Shown here in pieces: positions 1 through 9,461 of a DNA stretch of 59,792 nucleotides (the first letter of the stretch is position 1; every line of letters starts with the position of its first letter). Below the pieces are notes generated by a model, which had not been told where the DNA came from, did no database searches, and saw only the letters and a program-made list of their open reading frames with translations. The stretch is from Capsulimonadales bacterium (GTDB lineage: Bacteria > Armatimonadota > Armatimonadia > Armatimonadales > Armatimonadaceae): assembly GCA_033762295.1 (NCBI GenBank), contig JANRLW010000030.1, forward strand, positions 1 to 59,792. Reading direction: 5' to 3'. A program made the position numbers and the translations under genes.

Positions 1-372
1 GTCCTCCGGCGGGGCCGGGGGAGGAGCCGCGTTGGTCGTCGTCGCGATCTCGCGGATCTTGACCACATAGACGCCGCTTTCGCGCGTGTAGGTCAGCGGG
101 TACTGCGCCGAGCGCAGGATCAGTCGCAGAGCGTTCTCGAACGGCTGTTCGGTAATCTTCAGGGTGACGAACCCGGCGACGCCGGGATCGATGGAGTAGT
201 CGACCTTGGCGCTCTTGAAGAGCTGTTCCAGGGCTTCGCGGATCGGGGCATCGCGAAGGTCGAGCGTGACGGGTTGGAGTTGTCGATCCTGCTGTGCGTA
301 GACCGCCGTCGGGCAGGAAAGCGCCGACAAACCGATGGTGACAACGCAAGCCGCGGGTACAAAACGCTTCAT
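1..372 (-). CDS. Secretin/TonB short N-terminal (STN) domain protein, 5' part (runs off the window)
   Basis: Manual translation from ATG at 372 (AGGAGG RBS upstream): MKRFVPAACVVTIGLSALSCPTAVYAQQ signal peptide, then VTLDLRDAPIREALEQLF..DYSIDPGVAGFVTLKITEQPFENALRLIL, typical of STN/secretin N domains. Not in the ORF track. Confidence 0.75.
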   Translation of the reverse strand, partial: MKRFVPAACVVTIGLSALSCPTAVYAQQDRQLQPVTLDLRDAPIREALEQLFKSAKVDYSIDPGVAGFVTLKITEQPFENALRLILRSAQYPLTYTRESGVYVVKIREIATTTNAAPPPAPPED

Positions 373-525
373 GATTACTGCCTCCTGAGAACATCGGGTC
401 GTACTCGCGGGGCGTCATCACCTCCGCGAAATCATGTTGACGATCCGGGGAACCCCCGGGCGGACTTCGATTCTCTCACCAACAAAAGAATAGTTTGGAG
501 GATTAAACCGAATTCCTACCTATTT

Positions 526-2508
526 CTATTCATTATACGATGGTACGGCTGGTTTCGTCCCGTTTTGCGCGGAATTTTTTCTCTGTGGCAGGCGATATAA
601 TCGGTACTCTCCCTGTTTGGCGATCACCGGGTACCGGGCAAAAAACGCCCGGTCGATCTTTATTCCCTGCTCCTCCGCCCAGTACCGTTCCTGCGCTCCG
701 AGAACGACATACCGAAGTCGGTGTTTTTCCAGGATGGCCGAAGCGGAGGGATGGCCCTCGTAGATCGCCCGAACCTCCGCTTCCCGGTCGGCGTACGGCA
801 GTCCGTTGGTCCATAAAAAACCCGGATAGTTCATAAACGCAGTTCGTCCGGTGAGCATCAGCGGCGAGTTATGCACGGGGGCGCAAACGACAATCGCGCG
901 TTCGGGCAGGACGGCGGCCATCTGCTCGGCGAACAGGATCTCCTCCGTGCTATGGATGATCATATCCGGGCGGCCCGAAGCGGTTCGGAAAACGTCGAGC
1001 GAACCGGAAAACGTGAGGAACAGGAAGGCCACGGCGGCGACCGGCTTCCCTCCGAAGGACCGCGCACGGCTCAGGCGAACCAGCATCCAGGCGACCGGTG
1101 GCACCGAGGCGAGGAACCAGACGTACAGCACCTTGATACTGTCCCATTCCCAGGGAGCGAATCGGACGATATTCGGGGCGATAAAGAAGAGCAGGAACGG
1201 CGGGTAGAAGCGTCGAAGCGCGTTCGGAACGGGCGATCGGGAGGGAACGGCTTCGATCAGGACCATCAGAAGCAGAGGAAGAAACAGGCCGGTGTTCAGC
1301 AGCCAGTAGGTCAGCGGATCTCGTTCGGCGATGGGGGCCATCCATCCGGGAGACAGTCCGAGAAACGTTTCCGTGCGCGTTCGGCTGCCCGAGAACAGCA
1401 GCCAGAGCTGTGGGATGGCCGGTAGGATCGCGGACAGAAGGAAGAGACATCCCCGGCGAATCCGATCGACGAAAGGCGCGAAGGGGGGGATGGCTCCGAA
1501 AAGCGGACGGTACAGGCCGATCCCCAGACTGCAGAGGAAGGTATGGGTGTGGACAAGCGGCAAAATGCCGGTGAGAAGCCCGGTCGAAAGCAGATGGTGG
1601 CGTATCCTGGACGGATCGTCGGGAACGGCCGACTGCTGCCGCCAGAGAAAGATCATGAGCGGCGCCGCCAGGGTCATGCCGCGCATCGTCGCGAACCAGT
1701 AGACCAGCGAATTTCCCCAGTGAAGCAGGTTGCCCCATTCGGTGAAGTCGTGGGGCAGGTCGGTCAGATATTGCAGTGGTCCCCCGGGCGTTTCCCGTGC
1801 CTCCGGCGCCAGCAACAGGAAACCCAGACCGCCGCTAAGGAACAGCAGCCAGGGAGCGAGGGCACCGGCCACCCGACTGCGGGTCAGCCGTGCGGTCAAA
1901 TCCGTCAGAAGAACCGCGAGCGAGAGCGTCAGCAGGACGTTCTGCCAGAACAGGGCGGGAATCATCGGGATACCTGCCCGGATCAGGGCGGCGGCGTGGA
2001 AGTCGGCAAGGAAGGGGTAGGTCAGGCGTGCGCCGGCGTACATCGGGTGCATCGGCGGGAAGTTGTCGGCCTGTACGAACGACTGAATGAAGCCGATGTG
2101 GTAGGCGAGATCGGCGAAGTTATCGATCGCTCCGGTGCCGATGCCCTGCGGGGAGAGGTAGGCGGCGCGCCGGAAGAAGAGGATCAGGACGACGGAAAGC
2201 AGGAGGATATTCGGCAGATAGAAGCGGGGGAGATGCCGTGCGCGGCGCAGACCGCGTCGCAACTCCGCCCGGACATCCACGCGACGCAGCCGAAGGAGCA
2301 GGGCGGGAACGGCCGGAAGCAGGGTTGTCGAAAGAGCCAGAGTCAGCGGCGAAAGGCCGAACGGGTGCGCCAGGACGAGAGTGAGGAGACCGCTGACGGT
2401 GAATCCGATCGGAACGGACGCCGCGCATCGAATGACGAGCGGAAGGCGACCGGCGAGAAGGAAGGTCAGGAGGAAGCCGGAGATCAGCGATGCGGCCAGG
2501 AAAAGCAC
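526..2508 (-). CDS. Multi-pass membrane protein, GT-C-fold glycosyltransferase-like
   Basis: 660 aa with many TM helices; DLAYH..FPPMHPMYAG.RLTYPFLADF loop and a C-terminal soluble domain. Confidence 0.6.
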   Translation of the reverse strand: MLFLAASLISGFLLTFLLAGRLPLVIRCAASVPIGFTVSGLLTLVLAHPFGLSPLTLALSTTLLPAVPALLLRLRRVDVRAELRRGLRRARHLPRFYLPNILLLSVVLILFFRRAAYLSPQGIGTGAIDNFADLAYHIGFIQSFVQADNFPPMHPMYAGARLTYPFLADFHAAALIRAGIPMIPALFWQNVLLTLSLAVLLTDLTARLTRSRVAGALAPWLLFLSGGLGFLLLAPEARETPGGPLQYLTDLPHDFTEWGNLLHWGNSLVYWFATMRGMTLAAPLMIFLWRQQSAVPDDPSRIRHHLLSTGLLTGILPLVHTHTFLCSLGIGLYRPLFGAIPPFAPFVDRIRRGCLFLLSAILPAIPQLWLLFSGSRTRTETFLGLSPGWMAPIAERDPLTYWLLNTGLFLPLLLMVLIEAVPSRSPVPNALRRFYPPFLLFFIAPNIVRFAPWEWDSIKVLYVWFLASVPPVAWMLVRLSRARSFGGKPVAAVAFLFLTFSGSLDVFRTASGRPDMIIHSTEEILFAEQMAAVLPERAIVVCAPVHNSPLMLTGRTAFMNYPGFLWTNGLPYADREAEVRAIYEGHPSASAILEKHRLRYVVLGAQERYWAEEQGIKIDRAFFARYPVIAKQGEYRLYRLPQRKNSAQNGTKPAVPSYNE

Positions 2509-2539
2509 GCCCTTATTTTCGGCAGGGCAGGGCGAAATT

Positions 2540-2577
2540 TCGAGCGGTAAAACGGATCGATCCGTTTTACCGCTCGA
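2540..2577. terminator. Perfect 38-bp palindrome; probable terminator hairpin downstream of the pilin-like gene
   Basis: TCGAGCGGTAAAACGGATC|GATCCGTTTTACCGCTCGA. Confidence 0.6.
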
Positions 2578-2602
2578 CGGCTGACTTACGGCCTGAGTGC
2601 GA

Positions 2603-3529
2603 TTAGTTGCAGTTGGTCAGTCCGAACTGGGACGGATTGGTCGCCCACAGACACATATCGGAGACCAGCTTGTTGTACTGGATCGCCTTGGCATGGCCAT
2701 CGGCGAACTGGCAGTTGATGACCGAGTTGTGGCGGCCACGTCCGAGCGGAATCGCCTGCGCGGCGGTCAGGGTGCCCCCCTGCTCGCTCCAGTTGGCATT
2801 GCCGATGTTCTTCCAGTACGACTTGTACTGGGCGCCCTGGGCGTCGGTATAGGCGGTCAGAGCATTATAGGTTTCGGCGGTGTAGTTGCCGAGTCCGGAC
2901 TCGTTGGAGACGTCGGGAACCAGGCCGTAGTACTTGGCGTCCGCCAGGATCACAACGCCGGCCGGGCGGTCGATCGCCGCTTCGGCAATGACGTGAATCT
3001 GGCTGGCTCCGCCCTCGAACGGGGCGGCCGGAGAAAGCCAGGCGTCGTTGTGACCGTAGGAGTTCTGTCCGCCGTAGGCTTTCCCCGAAGCGCCGGGTGC
3101 GTTGAAGACCGGCGCATTGGCGTCATTGGTCGGGTAGAAGGCGTTCGGGTTGCTCGGGCAGGCGAAGATCTGGTAGTTCTTGGTATAGGGATACAGCATG
3201 TGCACCCAGTAGTAGCGCTGGCGGGAGGCATTATCGTAGTTCTGGAACGGGGGGATCAGATTGCCGGCGCCATCTTCGTACTGCGGGCAGTTGTCGCGGG
3301 TGCCATCCAGATCGCGGTCGCAGTTGAAGCGATGCGGGTACAGGGTTTCGTCGTAGTCCTGGGTGTACATCATCGTCGCCGTACCGAGCTGCTTCATGTT
3401 GGAGAGGCAGGAGGTCTGGCGGGCTTTCTCTCGGGCCTGCGCGAAGACCGGGAAGAGAATGGCTGCCAGAATCGCGATTATGGCGATAACCACGAGTAGT
3501 TCGATCAGTGTGAAAGCTTTTCGGTTCAT
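2603..3529 (-). CDS. Prepilin-type N-terminal cleavage/methylation, DUF1559 and H-X9-DG domain protein
   Basis: [42 protein letters not shown]-terminal [16 protein letters not shown]. Confidence 0.92.
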   Translation of the reverse strand: MNRKAFTLIELLVVIAIIAILAAILFPVFAQAREKARQTSCLSNMKQLGTATMMYTQDYDETLYPHRFNCDRDLDGTRDNCPQYEDGAGNLIPPFQNYDNASRQRYYWVHMLYPYTKNYQIFACPSNPNAFYPTNDANAPVFNAPGASGKAYGGQNSYGHNDAWLSPAAPFEGGASQIHVIAEAAIDRPAGVVILADAKYYGLVPDVSNESGLGNYTAETYNALTAYTDAQGAQYKSYWKNIGNANWSEQGGTLTAAQAIPLGRGRHNSVINCQFADGHAKAIQYNKLVSDMCLWATNPSQFGLTNCN

Positions 3530-3940
3530 TTTTATTTTCACCTTTCGGGCCGATAGGGGCCGCGCCCTGACTACGGAGTGTCATTCGCCACTCCGAACGG
3601 TTTGGTATCTTTTAATCATATGCACCCCGGGGTTTTGTTAAGAGAATGTTAAATTTTCTATTTATGTAGAATTTTATATGTATATAAAAATTTACTTAAT
3701 TTATAAAAATTGGTCATTTGAGCCTGTTAATAGTAGAAATATTTCATGTATCACCAGGGCCTCAGCCTATGGTTCATTTCCACCCTGCGTCGATCTCCGA
3801 CAGGTCTGCCACACGAAAAATCGTTCGATGGACGAAAGAAACCCGGCACGAAAACGGAGGGCATGGCGTTGTAAGGCGGTGAGACAGTTAGAAAGGTGGC
3901 GGAGCCCAACCTTCCGCTCCGCCGTTCAGGAACGAACCTC

Positions 3941-4453
3941 ATGCTGAAGAATATCGCCGCGCTTTGCGCCGCCGGAATGGTTGTTGTCGGTTTCGCGGGT
4001 ACGGCTCGCGCTCAGGAAAAGGATATCGTCGATATCGCCGCCGGTAACCCGGACTTCTCCACCCTTGTCACCGCGGTCAAGGCGGCCGGACTGGTGGAAA
4101 CTCTCAAGGGTGAAGGCCCCTTCACCGTCTTCGCGCCGACCAATGCCGCGTTCGCGAAGATTCCGAAGGCCAAACTGGCCGCCCTCCTGAAGGATAAGAA
4201 GCAGTTGACCGCGGTCCTGACGTATCACGTCGTGCCCGGCAAGGTGATGGCCGGCGACCTGCAGCCGACCCAGATGGTCAAGACCGTTCAGGGCAGCGAG
4301 GTAAAGATCGTTACCTCCCCCGCGCCGATGATCAACCGGGCCAAGATCGTCAAGACCGATATCGAAGCCAGCAACGGCGTCATCCATGTGATCGACACCG
4401 TCATCCTGCCGGGTAAAGGCGGCAAGATGAGCAAGATGGCTCCGAAGATGTAA
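3941..4453 (+). CDS. Secreted fasciclin (FAS1) domain protein
   Basis: Signal peptide; [48 protein letters not shown]. Confidence 0.95.
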   Translation: MLKNIAALCAAGMVVVGFAGTARAQEKDIVDIAAGNPDFSTLVTAVKAAGLVETLKGEGPFTVFAPTNAAFAKIPKAKLAALLKDKKQLTAVLTYHVVPGKVMAGDLQPTQMVKTVQGSEVKIVTSPAPMINRAKIVKTDIEASNGVIHVIDTVILPGKGGKMSKMAPKM

Positions 4454-4460
4454 TGCCCGC

Positions 4461-4496
4461 GCCTTCCGGTCTCGGGCGAACCCGTGACCGGAAGGC
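4461..4496. terminator. Hairpin between convergent genes
   Basis: GCCTTCCGGTC-T-CGGG CGAA CCCG-T-GACCGGAAGGC. Confidence 0.6.
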
Positions 4497-4507
4497 TCCC
4501 CCCGAAT

Positions 4508-6496
4508 CTATTCCACCAGAAGGATCGCGTGGCCGACCAGTTTCGGAAGCGTGAACGCGATCACACCGTCCGCGACCGCGAACGGAACCAATTCGCCCTC
4601 CGGCACGATGGTCACCGTAGTGGGCGTTTTCGGCAAACGCAGCCGCACATCCACCCCGTAGACCGGAAGAACATCCTCGATAATGTCGAACTGCTGCCCC
4701 CGGCGTTCCGGTACATAGTGCAGAAGATGCACCGGATAGCGGTCCTCCGTGGCCTGATAGTTCACGGTGGCGATCAGGCTTGACGGTCCGTCGACCTCCA
4801 GGACCGGATCGGGAAGCAACAGACGGATCGCATCGGCGACCATCGTCTTGACCCAGCGCGGCGCGCGTTCGTGGTACTGCCGGAACACCGGATGCGCCAG
4901 ATACACCACGTTACCGGCCCGTGTCGCCGCCGGGTAGCCGGCCTTTCCGGAGGAGGGCGTGTGGGCATGGGAGCAGAAGTTCCGCCAGGTCCGATTGAAG
5001 TAGGGGATTTCCGTACTCGCCAGCGTCTCCGTTCCCGGCATCGGCATGACCTGCCGTCCGCGAAGGTACATCACATGGCCGACTTCGGGAAGCCCCCGAC
5101 CGATCGTCTCCGTCGGCACGAAGAAGTCGGGGGAGTAGGGAGCCTCGCCCTGCGCCTCGACCCCCAGGAACGCCGCCCCTTCGCATGAGCGACAGGACGC
5201 GATCACCGATCCGCCACCCGCCAGATACGCGGCGATCTTCTCCGGCAGGTCCGCTCCGATGACATCGTCCGGAAGGATCAGCAGGCGGTACTTTGAAAAG
5301 TCGGCGGCGTTGTCGACGATGTCGAACTGCACGTGCAGCTCCTGGAGCATTCGGATCGCGCCGAGAACGTTGTTCAGATGCCGATCGCTGTGAGGATGGT
5401 ACTCCGGCGATTCGGAGGTGACCAGGGCGACATCGACGACCGCGGTTGCGCCCGTGCAGTAGGGCTCCTTGCGTTCGACCTCGCGGTAGACCGATCCGAT
5501 CAGGTCGTAGGTAGCGGCATCGAGTTTCCCGGACGGTGGCAACTGGTCCCCGACGGAGATCCGGCCGTTCAGCGCCAGGGCATGGAAGCACTCGAACTGA
5601 AGCGCCGCCTCGTTTTTGAACGAGCCGAAGTCACCCCAGGAGGTATGGAACTTACCGGTCATCCCGAGGAAATCGTGGCCCAGGGTACGGGAGTAGCGCG
5701 CCGCCTGGGGGAAGTGCAAGTAGCCCCAGCCGCCGGACGGCAGCGATTCCAGTTCGAAGTGCGTATAGGCGTCCTTGATGACCCGATGTTTCGGCCCGAT
5801 GTGTCCGGCGTTATAAAAGATCGTGCAGTCGGAATTCAGGGTACGGACGAACGCCGTCATCTCCTCCATCCATTCGTTGAGGACTTTCTGGGCGAAGCGC
5901 ATCCGTTCGTCGGCGTCCGCCGGATTACGTCCGGCGCGGTCCATCGCTTCGATCCAGTGCAGGGCGAGGGACGGCTTGGGCGAGACGATATCGAAGAAGA
6001 GTCCGTCCGTGGGCAGGGTTGTCAGCACCTCACAGGTATGGTCGAACAGAAACTGTCGATATCCCGGATGAAAGACGTCCAGATTGCGGTAAAACCCGGC
6101 GTCGAGCGGTTTGGTGCCGTATTCCGCGCCGTTTTCATCGAGGCAGAGCCACTCCCGGTGTCGGTCCGCCGAAAACTCGTCCCACTGGACGGTAATGTAG
6201 ATCGGAACCCGGATATTGCGTCGATGGCAGGCGTCGATCTGTTCGGCGAGCAGGTTCGGGCGGGCAAGATGCGGGTGGATGCGTTCGGGATGCGCCTCGC
6301 TGGCGAAATAGAGGTAGCCGTGGTGACAGCGAGCGAAGCAGGTGACCGAGTTGACACGGGCCTTTTCCAGGGTGTCGGCAAACTCCTCGGGATCGAACGC
6401 CGCCCCGATGCCCTCGATGGCCGGGGAGGTATGGAAGTCGAGATGGACCTGACGGAAGCGAAGCGGCAGGCCGGGAAGCGCGGAGGTCTGTGGCAT
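4508..6496 (-). CDS. GH151/GHL6-family glycoside hydrolase (alpha-L-fucosidase-like) with beta-galactosidase trimerisation domain
   Basis: RFRQVHLDFHTS, FARCHHGY, DGLFFDI, ELESLPSGGWGY, GMTGKFHTSWGDFG. Confidence 0.85.
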   Translation of the reverse strand: MPQTSALPGLPLRFRQVHLDFHTSPAIEGIGAAFDPEEFADTLEKARVNSVTCFARCHHGYLYFASEAHPERIHPHLARPNLLAEQIDACHRRNIRVPIYITVQWDEFSADRHREWLCLDENGAEYGTKPLDAGFYRNLDVFHPGYRQFLFDHTCEVLTTLPTDGLFFDIVSPKPSLALHWIEAMDRAGRNPADADERMRFAQKVLNEWMEEMTAFVRTLNSDCTIFYNAGHIGPKHRVIKDAYTHFELESLPSGGWGYLHFPQAARYSRTLGHDFLGMTGKFHTSWGDFGSFKNEAALQFECFHALALNGRISVGDQLPPSGKLDAATYDLIGSVYREVERKEPYCTGATAVVDVALVTSESPEYHPHSDRHLNNVLGAIRMLQELHVQFDIVDNAADFSKYRLLILPDDVIGADLPEKIAAYLAGGGSVIASCRSCEGAAFLGVEAQGEAPYSPDFFVPTETIGRGLPEVGHVMYLRGRQVMPMPGTETLASTEIPYFNRTWRNFCSHAHTPSSGKAGYPAATRAGNVVYLAHPVFRQYHERAPRWVKTMVADAIRLLLPDPVLEVDGPSSLIATVNYQATEDRYPVHLLHYVPERRGQQFDIIEDVLPVYGVDVRLRLPKTPTTVTIVPEGELVPFAVADGVIAFTLPKLVGHAILLVE

Positions 6497-6621
6497 GGCG
6501 GTAAGGATTCCTTTACGTCGAGCGTTGACATCCTTACGTTGGAAACGTTGTCATCGGCTTCCTGCTTTCGCCGACGGAAGGGGACGGCGCAGGGGAAAAT
6601 AGGCGGAGGATGGGCGAAGGG

Positions 6622-6694
<73 letters not shown>

Positions 6695-6717
6695 GTCAGG
6701 TGCCGGTTCGGCGGTAA

Positions 6718-6746
6718 ATTGTAGCATATGCCTCCCGGCACGGCAA
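6718..6746 (-). promoter_or_regulatory. Sigma70 promoter of the tRNA
   Basis: TTGCCG-17 nt-TACAAT with extended -10 TG. Confidence 0.65.
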
Positions 6747-6864
6747 CACGCGCTTTGCCGACGGGGCAGGAACTTTCCGGCGTGTGTCGAAGTTAGTCCG
6801 ATGGAATACCGTTCTCGGCGTCGCCGTATTCGATAGTCTGCCGCGAACGAGGTGAGGAGAAACG

Positions 6865-7488
6865 ATGCACTCCGACGGAAAAGGTCGTCTGCTGCTGGTT
6901 CGGCACACCGAATCGGTCTGGAATAAGCTCAATGTGTTCACCGGCTGGGTGGACGTCGAACTGTCCGATGCCGGCAAGGAGCATGCCCGCGAGGTCGGGA
7001 TGCACCTGAAAGGCAAGTACGAGGTCGATAAGGCCTACACCTCCGGCCTGATCCGGGCGCAGCAAACGCTGGACCTGGTCATGGAAGGCGCGGAGATTTC
7101 CGATATCCCCATCGTCCGCGACTGGCATCTGAACGAACGGTTCTATGGTCTCTGGCAGGGCAAGAACAAGGCACAGACCGCGGAAAAGTATGGCGAGGAA
7201 GCGGTGCATGCCGTTCGACGCGGTTATTCGGCCCGGCCGCCGGGCGGTGAATCGCTCGAGGACACGACCGAACGGGTGATGGAGTATTTCGATACGGTGA
7301 TCGAACCGGAACTGCGCGACGGCAAGGTGCTGCTGATCGCGGCGCACGGCAACTCCCTGCGCGCCCTCGCCAAGAAACTGGAAGGGCTGAGTGAGACGGA
7401 GGTGCCGAAGTTCGAGATTGCCAACGGCGAACTGCTGGTCTATCGCCACGAGGACGGGGATACCTACGTCCGCGAGTTCCGGGGATAG
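6865..7488 (+). CDS. gpmA: 2,3-bisphosphoglycerate-dependent phosphoglycerate mutase
   Basis: LVRHTESVWN..FTGWVDVELS, LNERFYG, GESLEDT, AAHGNSLR. Confidence 0.9.
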   Translation: MHSDGKGRLLLVRHTESVWNKLNVFTGWVDVELSDAGKEHAREVGMHLKGKYEVDKAYTSGLIRAQQTLDLVMEGAEISDIPIVRDWHLNERFYGLWQGKNKAQTAEKYGEEAVHAVRRGYSARPPGGESLEDTTERVMEYFDTVIEPELRDGKVLLIAAHGNSLRALAKKLEGLSETEVPKFEIANGELLVYRHEDGDTYVREFRG

Positions 7489-7493
7489 ACGGC

Positions 7494-8801
7494 ATGACCA
7501 TGCAGGAGATTATCGCCGTCAAGCGGGACGGGGGCGCACTGACGGATGCGCAAGTGAACGCGTTCGTCCGTGGCTATGTCGCCGGGGAGATCCCCGACTA
7601 CCAGGCATCCGCCCTGTTGATGGCGATCTATCTCCGTGGCATGGACGTCCGCGAGACCGCGACATTGACGGCGGCGATGGCCGAATCGGGCGAACGGATC
7701 GACCTGTCCGGATTGCCCGTCGGCCGTCCCACACTGGACAAACACTCCACCGGCGGGGTTGGGGACAAAACCACCCTGGTCGTTGTGCCGATCCTGGCCG
7801 CGGCGGGTGTCGCCGTCTGCAAGATGTCCGGGCGGGGACTCGGACACACCGGCGGGACACTGGACAAACTCGAGTCGATTCCGGCCTTTCGTGTCGGCCT
7901 GTCGCCGACGGAGATGACGGAACAGGTTCGCAGGGTCGGCGCCTGTCTGGCCGGACAGACCGACCGTATCGCCCCGGCCGACAAAAAACTGTACGCCTTG
8001 CGCGACGCCACAGCCACCGTCGGCAGCCTGCCCCTGATCGTCTCGTCCATTCTCAGTAAAAAGCTGGCGGGCGGAGCGCAAAACCTCCTGTTCGATGTGA
8101 AGGTCGGAAACGGGGCGTTGCTGCGGACGCCGACGGAGGCACGGGAACTGGCGAAGGCTCTGGTCGACGGAGCGAAGGCGAACGGGCGAAGAGCGGTCGC
8201 CGTTCTTTCCGACATGAACCAGCCGCTCGGACGGACGATCGGGAACGCTGCGGAGGTGGAGGAAGCGATCGCCACGCTGTCACCGGACGCGCCGGAGGGC
8301 GATCCCCGGTTCCGGGAACTCTGCCTGTTTCTGGCGAACGAAGGACTGAAACTGGCCGGACGGCCCGCCGACGCCGAACGTTATCTGGCGAGCGGCGCGG
8401 CCCTGTCGACTTTCCGCGAGATCGTCCGGGCGCAGGGCGGCGATATCACGATCCTCGAGAATGCCGACCGCTGGCGTGACGGCGTGCTCGTCCGGGAAGC
8501 GTCCTTCGCCGACAACGGCTATGTCGCGGCGATCGATACCGCCGAACTTGGGCATATCGTGGTCGGACTGGGCGGAGGACGGCGCAAGAAGGAGGACGTC
8601 ATCGATCCTGCCGTGGGCCTGGTATTCGATACCGGGATCGGACGGCGGGCGGTGGCCGGTGAAACCTTCTGCCGCGTTCTTGCCCGCACGGAAGCGGCCG
8701 CGCAGTCGGCGATCGAACGGCTCCATGCCACTGTCGTCCTGTCCCCGGAACCGGTCGCCGCCCCACCGCTCGTTCCGGAGGTCTTGCGTTCCCACCCGTA
8801 G
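7494..8801 (+). CDS. pdp: Pyrimidine-nucleoside/thymidine phosphorylase
   Basis: DKHSTGGVGDK, KMSGRGLGHTGGTLDKLESI, LYALRDATATV, SILSKKLA. Confidence 0.95.
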   Translation: MTMQEIIAVKRDGGALTDAQVNAFVRGYVAGEIPDYQASALLMAIYLRGMDVRETATLTAAMAESGERIDLSGLPVGRPTLDKHSTGGVGDKTTLVVVPILAAAGVAVCKMSGRGLGHTGGTLDKLESIPAFRVGLSPTEMTEQVRRVGACLAGQTDRIAPADKKLYALRDATATVGSLPLIVSSILSKKLAGGAQNLLFDVKVGNGALLRTPTEARELAKALVDGAKANGRRAVAVLSDMNQPLGRTIGNAAEVEEAIATLSPDAPEGDPRFRELCLFLANEGLKLAGRPADAERYLASGAALSTFREIVRAQGGDITILENADRWRDGVLVREASFADNGYVAAIDTAELGHIVVGLGGGRRKKEDVIDPAVGLVFDTGIGRRAVAGETFCRVLARTEAAAQSAIERLHATVVLSPEPVAAPPLVPEVLRSHP

Positions 8802-8813
8802 CGATTACCTGCC

Positions 8814-9461
8814 ATGCCCTTTCCCGAACACCTCGTCTCCGATCCCCGCCTTCTGGCGCAGCTCCGTTTTCTGGAGGAACTGGACCGGCTGAAGTCCGTG
8901 CTGCGGATGACCACGCTGATCGACGAATCCCGCTTCGAGAACTCCGCCGAGCATACCTGGCATATGGCGATGATGGCGGTCACCCTGGCCGAGTACGCCG
9001 CCGAACCGATCGATCTGGGGCATGTGCTGAAGATGATCCTGCTGCACGATATCGTGGAAATCGACGCCGGGGATACGTTCGCGTACGATCAATCGGGCTA
9101 TGCGACGAAAGCGGCACGGGAGCGGCAGGCGGCGGATCGGCTTTTCGGGCTGTTGCCGGACGATCAGCGAGCGGCGTTTCGCCACCTCTGGGAGGAGTTC
9201 GAAGCGCAGGAGACGCCGGAGGCGCGCTTCGCGGCGTCGCTGGATCGGTTCGCCGGAATGCTGCCGAACTACCTGAGCGGAGGCGGCTCCTGGAGACGGC
9301 ATGGCGTTTCGCGGACGCGCATTATCGCCCGGAATCAGCCGATGGAGCGGGGCGCGCCCGACCTCTGGGAGGTCGCCTCGGCCATGATCGAGGACGTCGC
9401 CGGCCGTGGACTGCTCGTCCCCGACGATGGGGAGGAGATGGTGTCCGGCGAGCGGCCCTAG
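8814..9461 (+). CDS. HD-domain hydrolase (5'-deoxynucleotidase-like)
   Basis: ENSAEHTWH, LLHDIVEIDAGD, LWEEFE..ETPEARFA..LDR. Confidence 0.9.
   Translation: MPFPEHLVSDPRLLAQLRFLEELDRLKSVLRMTTLIDESRFENSAEHTWHMAMMAVTLAEYAAEPIDLGHVLKMILLHDIVEIDAGDTFAYDQSGYATKAARERQAADRLFGLLPDDQRAAFRHLWEEFEAQETPEARFAASLDRFAGMLPNYLSGGGSWRRHGVSRTRIIARNQPMERGAPDLWEVASAMIEDVAGRGLLVPDDGEEMVSGERP

Noticed and set aside
3592..3612. Resemblance to the TetR operator (CCGAACGGTTTGGTATC)
   Set aside because: Left half-site is degenerate and spacing is off by one; likely chance
6865..7488. gpmA RHT instead of RHG as a sign of inactivation
   Set aside because: Catalytic His, Arg and Glu motifs are all retained
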